Source: Silvanigrellaceae bacterium (GTDB taxonomy: Bacteria > Bdellovibrionota_B > Oligoflexia > Silvanigrellales > Silvanigrellaceae). Taken from it: a stretch of 14,509 nucleotides of DNA. The DNA lies in assembly GCA_049423385.1 (NCBI GenBank), contig JBMSQQ010000085.1:1-14509 (forward strand), read 5' to 3'. Below are positions 7,729-14,509 of this stretch, in pieces. The notes beneath the pieces are model-generated. The model saw only the letters and a program-made list of their open reading frames with translations, was not told the origin of the DNA and searched no databases. A program made the translations under genes and the position numbers. How positions within the stretch are numbered: the stretch's first letter is position 1; the number at the start of each line of letters is the position of its first letter.

Positions 7729-8952
7729 TCAATAGTCGTAGCGAATCCTCATCCCGAATGCGTGTTCGCTTTTCGCAGCCTTGCGGTCGGCACCGGAGAC
7801 CAGGATCTTTCTGTCTGCCAGTGCGTCACCCGTGGTGTTGCCGGTGTTCGCTTGCGCGCGGTTGGAATTGAAGAAGTTGTAGGATGGAATAAAGCTGAGC
7901 TTCTCATCCAGGAAATATTGGCCTGCCAACACCAGCGATGCTTCGCTCGCAGAGGACACCAGTGGCGAGTTTTCTGCCGTGAAGTCCTTGAATCCATCAG
8001 ATGGAAGTTTGAGCGAACGCCAGCCGACTTCTCCAATCAGCGTCAGCTCTTTGGGAAGAAGATCGTATTTTGCACCCACCAGAGCCGTGGTCGCAATCTT
8101 GTTTGCAGCAACGAGGTTGCCATCGCTGAGTTTTGTTGTTGCATAAGCGTCGTATGCAATGCCGTATTTCAGTTTCAGGTCGTCCACTTTGCTTTCGGCG
8201 ACAACATGAATGAAGTTGTCGTATTTGATTTTGCTGGAATCGCTCAGGCTGAGCCATTTGCCCTGTACACCAACCCCAAGTTCAACTTTTGTCGCGTCAT
8301 CGATTGCAACGTTGCTCGACAATTTGTGATACCAGGTGGTGTTGGAAGGCTTTTGTCCGAGCGTGTATTCATTCTGGTCTGGATTGCGGGCCACGTGATA
8401 GGTAACTTTGGATTTGTCATCAATAGCGTATTGTGCACGGTAACCTTCCACTCGGCCCATGTGACCTGTGAACGATGGAGATTCAACCACGTTCGTGCTC
8501 TTGGGCTTGTCTGTATAGCCATACAGGCCAGGCTCCATCTCACGAACATAGCCCAACTCAAGTCCATCGACCTGAGGAACCTTGAACAGCAAGTGGAAGT
8601 ACTTGAGTGTGCCTGTATTGACGATCGACTTGTTGTCGTCATTGTTGGTTACATACCAAGGTTTCTTTTGCGAGTTTTCGCGGCTTTCGAACTCATGCAG
8701 GCGAACTTCGACGTCGGCCTTGCTGTATTTTCCGAATTCACGTTCGAACATCAAACGGAACGATTCGAGTTTCGGAATTTTGTAGTTTTTTGCGGCATCG
8801 TTTATATTTTTGTAGAAGGGGTCCAGGTGTGCACGCATGCCAATCTTGGTGCTGGTGTCGGCTTTGGCTGCCGGAGTGGCAGCGGGTGTTGAATCTGCGA
8901 GGGCCAGAGAAGAAACCAAAGAAAATGCGGACAAACCAATCAAAGATTTCAC
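7729..8952 (-). CDS. Outer-membrane beta-barrel, porin-like
   Basis: GTG start with AAGGAGG. Sec signal MKSLIGLSAFSLVSSLALA-D. Many amphipathic strands with aromatic girdle residues (VELGVGVQG, LKLKYGIAYD, LVGAKYDL, LIGEVGWR, LAGQYFL, FIPSYNFF). C-terminal beta-signal HAFGMRIRYDY. Has its own terminator. Confidence 0.88.
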   Translation of the reverse strand: MKSLIGLSAFSLVSSLALADSTPAATPAAKADTSTKIGMRAHLDPFYKNINDAAKNYKIPKLESFRLMFEREFGKYSKADVEVRLHEFESRENSQKKPWYVTNNDDNKSIVNTGTLKYFHLLFKVPQVDGLELGYVREMEPGLYGYTDKPKSTNVVESPSFTGHMGRVEGYRAQYAIDDKSKVTYHVARNPDQNEYTLGQKPSNTTWYHKLSSNVAIDDATKVELGVGVQGKWLSLSDSSKIKYDNFIHVVAESKVDDLKLKYGIAYDAYATTKLSDGNLVAANKIATTALVGAKYDLLPKELTLIGEVGWRSLKLPSDGFKDFTAENSPLVSSASEASLVLAGQYFLDEKLSFIPSYNFFNSNRAQANTGNTTGDALADRKILVSGADRKAAKSEHAFGMRIRYDY

Positions 8953-9141
8953 ATCGCCTCCTTAAGACGGTTTTTGCAAAAACTGCTTTAACTAACAAAG
9001 ACAGTCCTTTTCGAAAAAATGCAACCGTCCATACCTTCGTGACCCTGAATTTCACGCAAGAGTCACAGAATTGGTCGCGTCTGCTTGTTAAATGTTCAAA
9101 TTGTTGAAACCATCTATTCCTGAAAGCTTCAGGAGTTTCCC

Positions 9142-10233
9142 GTGTGGAACAAAAAAGCCATTTTTGTTTTGTTTGCATGTGTGGCTGCGCAACCTGCTCA
9201 AGCCATCATGTTGATGGAAGATGAACTGAATCCGAAGCCTCAGTTTTCAGAACGGCTGCCGGGTCGTGGAGGAGCGGGATTCTCTGCCCGGCTTTTGACC
9301 AGCATTGGTCAGGATGTGGTCGAAACCACAATCAATGAGCAGACCGAAAAAAGGCTTTTTGCTGCTTTGGGTCTGGCGGCGCAGGCTTTTATTCCCTTCA
9401 CCGACAAAATAAGGCTCGATGTCGCTGCAAGTGCGGTGCGTGCGAGTGGAAGCACCCTTGTTGAAGAAAATTCCGGTTGGAAAAAAGCCGACACGCAGTC
9501 GGAAGTCATGACACGGGGACATGCTCATTATCAATTGAATGATGGCCTTCGTATCGGTGCAGGCGCAGTTTGGGTCATGCGTCCTGCGGCCCAGGAGACA
9601 TTTGAATTTGCCGGTCAGTCGGCGATGAAACGATTGTCGGGTTACTCCTTTTGGACGCCGGATTTTTCGGCTGGAAAGGAAGGCAGCGGATGGAGCGCTG
9701 GTCTGGGATGGCGTCCACGAGTCACCCAAAGCCGAACCTTCGTTCGTGAGGGTGCCGATGAGACGGTTGAGGTCAGCGAAGATGTTTCGTTGGATGAACT
9801 GTGGTCAATTGGTATTGTCTCACAACTGGGGGGGAGTCGAACCCTCCGCCTTGACGTGAACCTTCATGGAAGCAATTCGTCGCAAACGCGTGAGACTTCG
9901 TCGAGCGATGGCTCAACTTCAACTTCAACCTCGGAAGACAACAGTCGTCGACGCTACGAAGTCGGAATCATCCTGAGCCTTGCTGAATTTGGCGGTCACA
10001 GTTGGAGTCTGGGCGGATCATACCAGTCGATTGGATACAGCGACCAAAGCAACGTGACTCCGCAGAATATTCCATTGTGGGGAGTGTTGCTTCGCGACGA
10101 ATTCAAGCAGGCTGATGTCAACATGTTCGTGGATGGCTTGTTCGGATTGGGAACAGACCTGCAAAGTCTTCCGGATTTGAACGCAAAATACAAAAGAACG
10201 ATTTTCTCTATGCAGACCGGGGTTCGCTTTTAA
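9142..10233 (+). CDS. Outer-membrane beta-barrel protein (first gene of plus-strand operon)
   Basis: GTG with AGGAG 6 nt upstream. Signal MWNKKAIFVLFACVAAQPAQA. Amphipathic strands (HAHYQLNDGLRIGAGAVW, WSAGLGWR, WSLGGSYQ). C-terminal FSMQTGVRF beta-signal. Ser/Thr-rich loop SSSDGSTSTSTSED. Confidence 0.85.
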   Translation: MWNKKAIFVLFACVAAQPAQAIMLMEDELNPKPQFSERLPGRGGAGFSARLLTSIGQDVVETTINEQTEKRLFAALGLAAQAFIPFTDKIRLDVAASAVRASGSTLVEENSGWKKADTQSEVMTRGHAHYQLNDGLRIGAGAVWVMRPAAQETFEFAGQSAMKRLSGYSFWTPDFSAGKEGSGWSAGLGWRPRVTQSRTFVREGADETVEVSEDVSLDELWSIGIVSQLGGSRTLRLDVNLHGSNSSQTRETSSSDGSTSTSTSEDNSRRRYEVGIILSLAEFGGHSWSLGGSYQSIGYSDQSNVTPQNIPLWGVLLRDEFKQADVNMFVDGLFGLGTDLQSLPDLNAKYKRTIFSMQTGVRF

Positions 10234-10244
10234 GGGGAGGGTCC

Positions 10245-10910
10245 ATGAAGAGCGTGTTGCTGAAGACAGCAATCCCGTTGGTGCTGTTGGTTGCTGGATT
10301 GGCGGCCTGCCGCTTGAAGTCCACTCTGACGGAATCAAGCGAGTCAGCTGCTGTTGACGCAATTCCATTTGCCAAGGCTGGAGGCGAAGATGCTGTTGGG
10401 CTGGCCCGTGTGCATGCCGAGTCGTTTGCATCTGCGCCAGCAGCGATCCGTCCTGATCCCGATTTGTATGCCCGAAGGTTGATCCGGCAATTCCGCAGCG
10501 ACGGCAACACCATGGCAAGGCAGCTTGGGCTTGTTGAGCAGTACCGCTTGATGCTGGGTGGTGCCTCCGACGATTTCCGCACTGTTCCCCAGGATACCTA
10601 CGACGCAACCTCGCTTCTGACTCTGCAGAAAGTCGCCCAGGAAATCTGTATTTCACTTGTCGCGCCAACGTCATGGAGACAGCCCGGATGGTCGACCGTT
10701 CTCACGGAGCCGCCTGCGCAGGTTGAAGCCAATGTTCGATCATTGATGAAAAGAATGCTGGGGATTTCCGAAAATTCACTCGATGCCACTGCGGTTGCCG
10801 ATTTGGTTGCCATGGTCAACGCCGAGCCTGTGGATGGCAAGATTGCGAATGAAAGCTACATCACGGCCTGCACCGCAATTGCCATGGATGCGGAGGCACT
10901 GTTGTTGTGA
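10245..10910 (+). CDS. Lipoprotein, helical, function unknown
   Basis: GGAGG RBS, start 11 nt after the previous stop. Canonical lipobox LAA-C22. Two further Cys (QEICISL, TACTAI). Its stop overlaps the next start (GTGA). Confidence 0.88.
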   Translation: MKSVLLKTAIPLVLLVAGLAACRLKSTLTESSESAAVDAIPFAKAGGEDAVGLARVHAESFASAPAAIRPDPDLYARRLIRQFRSDGNTMARQLGLVEQYRLMLGGASDDFRTVPQDTYDATSLLTLQKVAQEICISLVAPTSWRQPGWSTVLTEPPAQVEANVRSLMKRMLGISENSLDATAVADLVAMVNAEPVDGKIANESYITACTAIAMDAEALLL

Positions 10911-12568
10911 AGTTGTCATTCTTTTATCAAACATTATTTATTTTCCTGTTCTCTGTGTTGTGGTCTGTTGATGCCCAGGCAGCAAGTTCGCGGTCTGTGC
11001 GTCGTGCAACCCAGTTGTTGTCGGGCCGGATGCCAACCGATGCAGAAATCTCATCGGCCACAGCGTCGGATACCGGCTATCGAACACTTGTCCGTAGTCT
11101 TGTCACAAGTGATCAATTTTACGACGCTGCACTCCGCTACCATGAGCGTGTGTTGGGAGTTGGCCTTCCCGAGGAATACCTCAAGGAACTCGAACGCGAT
11201 GACATCGACGGCAAGTCGCAAAAAGTGGCCAAGCTCACCTGCAAGAGATCGACGAACAACAGACTCTACTGTGCATGGAAAAACTCCGATAAACGCACAA
11301 CATCTACTTGTCTTGCCGCAGAGCAACACCCCGTCGCACCCTTCTGGAAATCGGGTCTCGTTCTCTGGGTGTGCCCGAGCGTTTCGCATGCCTGTGGCGC
11401 AGACCTCAGCAAGTGCAGCATTGAGTTTCCCGAGAATGCCGCGGAGGCACGTCACTCGGAGATTGGCACCACCGATGTCTTCGATTCTCGCCGCAGCATG
11501 CTCAAGAGTCTTAGTCGACAAGCAGCCGGTATTGCCACGGCAGTGGCGGTGGCGAATTACCCCTACACAAAAATTCTCGCGCCCGGGCTTACAGCCGTTG
11601 ATGGTATTCTTTCTGTCTTTCTGCAGCAGAATTTTCAATTCGATGTCACCAAGGTTCATGCAAATGAATCCTTGCTGAACCAGATAAAGGCGATTCCTGC
11701 ATCACAAAGTCGCTTTCAGTTGATCTACACGGGCAATGCCTATGAAACGGCAGGGGTGTTGTCGACTTTTGGATGGCTCCGTCGCTACGAGAAAAACCGG
11801 ACGCGCGCCAATCAACTTTACGAACGGTTGTTGTGCAGAAAATTCACTTCTGAATTGCCGCGCGTATTTCCACAGGATCCGGGTAATCTGCGAACCACAC
11901 CTGGCTGCAGCGGATGTCATGCAACACTGGATCCTCTTGCAGACTTTTTTGGTGTATGGGGCGAGGGTGGAGGATTGTATGCAGGATTGTCTGCCAGTCG
12001 GGATGCAAGTTTCATCGGAAAAACCGGAACGAGTTTGGCTGACCTGGCCAACATCATCACGGCCGACGAGGCCTTTGCGACCTGCACGGTCAACAATGTT
12101 TTTGAATACCTCATGGGCCGGAAATTTCGTATTGCAGAATCTGATTTACGGCAGTCCCTGACGGATTACTTCATTGCCAGCAATTTCAGTTTCCGCGAAT
12201 TGATGTACGCGGTGGCAACCCATCCAGGCTTCACGGTCAACACCCGTGCGGATGCCAACATCACCGACCCCCTTGAACAACCTGCATTGGGCAAGGTTCC
12301 AGAGCCAAGCCTGCCGGCTTGTTCCAAGACGATTGACTTCAACACCGATATTGCACCGCTGATATCTGCATGCACTTCGTGTCACCGCAGTGGTGCTCCT
12401 CGTCAGGCTTTGGAAACATCTGCACAGTGGAAAACCTGGGGCAGCCAGGCAGTCTCGATGATTTCGATTGGACAAATGCCACCTGGGATGCAAGGAGCGC
12501 CAGCAACCGGAAGTGCAATGTACAATTTGAAGGAAGCCGTGCGTTGTTGGTTGACCCAAAATCCTTGA
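10907..12568 (+). CDS. Exported two-CxxCH c-type cytochrome-like protein (DUF1549/DUF1588/DUF1585-like core plus C-terminal cytochrome c domain)
   Basis: Sec signal ending AQA. Motifs RRATQLLSGRMPT; GVLST..WL.....NRTRAN..Y..LLC; CSGCHATLDPLA (CxxCH at 11906-11920); FATC..VFEYLMGR..FSFRELMYAV; IDFNTDIAPLISACTSCH (CxxCH at 12371-12385) with distal GQMPP. GGAGG RBS and 4-nt GTGA overlap with the lipoprotein gene. Confidence 0.88.
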   Translation: MKLSFFYQTLFIFLFSVLWSVDAQAASSRSVRRATQLLSGRMPTDAEISSATASDTGYRTLVRSLVTSDQFYDAALRYHERVLGVGLPEEYLKELERDDIDGKSQKVAKLTCKRSTNNRLYCAWKNSDKRTTSTCLAAEQHPVAPFWKSGLVLWVCPSVSHACGADLSKCSIEFPENAAEARHSEIGTTDVFDSRRSMLKSLSRQAAGIATAVAVANYPYTKILAPGLTAVDGILSVFLQQNFQFDVTKVHANESLLNQIKAIPASQSRFQLIYTGNAYETAGVLSTFGWLRRYEKNRTRANQLYERLLCRKFTSELPRVFPQDPGNLRTTPGCSGCHATLDPLADFFGVWGEGGGLYAGLSASRDASFIGKTGTSLADLANIITADEAFATCTVNNVFEYLMGRKFRIAESDLRQSLTDYFIASNFSFRELMYAVATHPGFTVNTRADANITDPLEQPALGKVPEPSLPACSKTIDFNTDIAPLISACTSCHRSGAPRQALETSAQWKTWGSQAVSMISIGQMPPGMQGAPATGSAMYNLKEAVRCWLTQNP

Positions 12569-12584
12569 AGTGGAGAACCTTCCA

Positions 12585-13892
12585 ATGGATCGCCGATCTT
12601 TTTTGGAGTCTGGAATCAGCTTGAGCGCAACATTTGCACTGTCGCGGCTCTTTTCGGGAACTCCTGCGTTTGCCCAGACCGGAAGTGAAGAGTTTCCGGT
12701 ATTGCGCAGGCTTGTTTGGATTCATATGGGAGGCGGTTGGGACATCCTGGAAACAGTCGATCCAAAGCAGGCCTCAACTTCCAAGCTGGACATGGTCTAT
12801 GATTACGGATTGGCCAACGCACTGAGCGGGGCGAGTCAGGATGTCCGGTTGGGAAGATGGTGGCCAAACACGGCCCGTCATGGGAAGGATTTGATTCTGG
12901 TGCGTGGATTGGCCATGGGCACCACTTCACACGATGCTGGCAGCGTGTACGCAGACACTGGAGTTCTATCCAACAGCGGCAATGTTAACGCGGCATCGAT
13001 TCCGACAATTGTTGCTTCGCAAAGCGGTGCCACGATTCCGCTGATCCAACTTTCGGGTGGCGACAACCCGCGGCTGGACCGAGGCCTGTTGAAACCCGTT
13101 TCCGTGGTGCGGGCGAACGACCTGGGTGTGTATCAAAATTTGTTTCCCCAGAATCAACAAGCCATCGATGCGAGTTCGCGCATCCTGGAATATTCACGTC
13201 GTTCCCTGCTTCGATTTCAATCTTCGGTGGGTTCCAACGACAGGGCTGCACTGGTTGAGGCTGCCCGCAGCAAAATCCAGGGACAGATCGACGCCGGAGT
13301 CGGCAGCAAGCTTCAACTGAATGCGTCAGATCGCCAGCCTTTTGTCTCGGCCCTGGGCACCGACGCAGCAACTTCACCGGCGCGCGGTTCGGTGGACAGT
13401 TTTGCGCTTGCAGTGAAACTTTTAAAAAATGATCTGGTGACTTGCATCAACATGGGTGTTGGTGGATTCGACACACACACCACGCAGGATCGCAGCCTGA
13501 TGCCAATTCTCACCGGCTTCGATGCACTGTTTGCAACGTTTCTTTCGCAATTGAAGGCGAATGATCTGTTGTCCAAAACCCTGGTGGTGCTCTATTCCGA
13601 TTTTGGTCGCACGCCCAAGGTCAACCGTTCCGCGGGCCGTGATCACTGGCCAATTGGTGGTGCCTTGATGGCTGGAGGCGGCCTGGATGGCGGTCGAGCC
13701 GTGGGTGCGACCGATGAAAATCTCCTGGCATTGAACGTCGATCCTTCAACGGGTCTGATCTCCAATTCTGGTGTGCAGCTGAGCCCGGTTCATCTGGGTG
13801 GCAGCGTTCTCGAATTGACCTTGGGATCGGGTTATTTGTCCAAGCGACCTTATCTTGAATCGATTCCTGCGCTCACACGCCTGAAGTCTTGA
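12585..13892 (+). CDS. DUF1501-family protein with twin-arginine (Tat) signal
   Basis: ATG 12585 (GGAGA 8 nt upstream) gives MDRRSFLE...TPAFA. DUF1501 motifs IHMGGGWD..ETVDPK, TTSH, GGFDTH, YSDFGRTPKVN, GRDHWP, MAGGG..GGRAVGATD. Confidence 0.93.
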   Translation: MDRRSFLESGISLSATFALSRLFSGTPAFAQTGSEEFPVLRRLVWIHMGGGWDILETVDPKQASTSKLDMVYDYGLANALSGASQDVRLGRWWPNTARHGKDLILVRGLAMGTTSHDAGSVYADTGVLSNSGNVNAASIPTIVASQSGATIPLIQLSGGDNPRLDRGLLKPVSVVRANDLGVYQNLFPQNQQAIDASSRILEYSRRSLLRFQSSVGSNDRAALVEAARSKIQGQIDAGVGSKLQLNASDRQPFVSALGTDAATSPARGSVDSFALAVKLLKNDLVTCINMGVGGFDTHTTQDRSLMPILTGFDALFATFLSQLKANDLLSKTLVVLYSDFGRTPKVNRSAGRDHWPIGGALMAGGGLDGGRAVGATDENLLALNVDPSTGLISNSGVQLSPVHLGGSVLELTLGSGYLSKRPYLESIPALTRLKS

Positions 13893-13906
13893 AAGAGGAC
13901 AATGTC

Positions 13907-14509
13907 ATGTGGTTTCCTGTCGATCTTCCCATGCCGAGTGAGCATTTTGTCTTGCGGACTCAAACCCAGCAGAGCAACACACCATTCACCAAGGGAATGT
14001 TGCTGCCGTTGTCCTGGCGAACACTGGATACGAATTCGAGTTCAAGTGCCACCCAGAACGGAACGTCAACCTCACAAACGTCTTATGCGAAGACGATCAA
14101 GCGCAACACAGGCTTGGCGTTTTCACCCTCATCGGGACTCTGGTTCTCGGCATTGTTCAACGAGGATGTGACCTCCTTGCGGAGCGTGCCTGAAACTGGA
14201 ACTTATCGGGTGAGCGGCGCACTTGAAGAGTTCACGGTCCGGGAGGTTCTGGCCCGGGTTGGGCTCGATTTGAATGCCGCCTGCTCGGTTGGAATTGCCT
14301 TGCGAGGGCAAAGCGTGAAAGGCGATATTCTTGGAAATTTCAGCGTGGCTCCAGACGAACGGACTCTCTATTCGGGACAACGGATGGGAGTTGCAGGGGC
14401 GGCAATGATCAATTGGCAGCAGTTGAAGGGGGCTGTTCGTTATGAGTCTCCTTTGACTGGGAAGGTTTCCATCGGCGGGGAAAGCAAAGTCAGTTCGGCA
14501 CCCGGATAT
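13907..14509 (+). CDS. Probable beta-strand-rich / beta-barrel-like protein, 5' part only (runs off the right edge; not in the ORF track)
   Basis: AGAGGA 7 nt upstream of ATG 13907; 201 open codons to the edge. Amphipathic strands TGLAFSPSSGLWFSALF, VLARVGLDLNAACSVGIALRG, MGVAGAAMINW, LKGAVRYESP. No recognisable signal peptide. Confidence 0.75.
   Translation, partial: MWFPVDLPMPSEHFVLRTQTQQSNTPFTKGMLLPLSWRTLDTNSSSSATQNGTSTSQTSYAKTIKRNTGLAFSPSSGLWFSALFNEDVTSLRSVPETGTYRVSGALEEFTVREVLARVGLDLNAACSVGIALRGQSVKGDILGNFSVAPDERTLYSGQRMGVAGAAMINWQQLKGAVRYESPLTGKVSIGGESKVSSAPGY

Noticed and set aside
7568..7732. 55-aa N-terminal extension of the DUF2141 ORF
   Set aside because: It runs through the porin terminator and would bury the signal peptide; ATG 7567 has a GGAGG RBS.
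7762..8892. 376-aa plus-strand ORF antisense to the porin
   Set aside because: Exactly in codon register with the porin gene, with no RBS or motifs; explained by avoidance of TTA/CTA/TCA codons on the coding strand.
9019..9040. Sigma54 promoter for the porin (minus strand AAGGTATGGACGGTTGCA)
   Set aside because: GG-to-GC spacing is 11 nt (or shorter from the other GG dinucleotides), not the required 10.
9913..9930. TCAACT-TCAACT-TCAACC hexamer repeat in the first operon barrel
   Set aside because: In-frame, only three units, encodes a Ser/Thr loop; too short to argue for phase variation.
10907..12568. Calling the operon an MtrAB/Pcc-type extracellular electron transfer conduit
   Set aside because: Only two CxxCH motifs, and the 363-aa barrel is much smaller than MtrB; kept only as an analogy.
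13902..14171. 89-aa ORF in the track after DUF1501
   Set aside because: The ATG is only 2 nt from the RBS and the product is Arg/Cys/Pro-rich like an off-frame reading; the 13907 frame fits better.
1..14509. CRISPR array, IS element, riboswitch or defence system
   Set aside because: No regularly spaced repeats, transposase, terminal inverted repeats or recognisable aptamer seen. The only nuclease is an ordinary DEDDh exonuclease.

Overview
Gene-dense bacterial chromosomal window with no mobile element, CRISPR array or rRNA. The beta-barrels, lipoproteins and CxxCH proteins point to a Gram-negative diderm; the gene content resembles Bdellovibrionota/Myxococcota, which is inference only. The left part (1-4905) holds a lipoprotein-like gene running off the left edge, a divergent LysR regulator, a minus-strand run of DEDDh 3'-5' exonuclease / DUF4175-like coiled-coil membrane protein / hypothetical protein, and tRNA-Ala(GGC). 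The right part (4935-14509) is almost entirely envelope-targeted. It contains a signal-peptide-bearing amidohydrolase, a small beta-barrel-like protein, a DUF2141 lipoprotein and a strongly codon-biased porin-like protein. Divergent from the porin is a tightly coupled plus-strand operon: beta-barrel - lipoprotein - two-CxxCH DUF1588/DUF1585-like cytochrome - Tat-exported DUF1501 protein - second beta-barrel-like ORF running off the right edge and absent from the ORF track. This operon is the best candidate for an uncharacterised system. All family assignments come from recognising motifs by eye, not from database searches.
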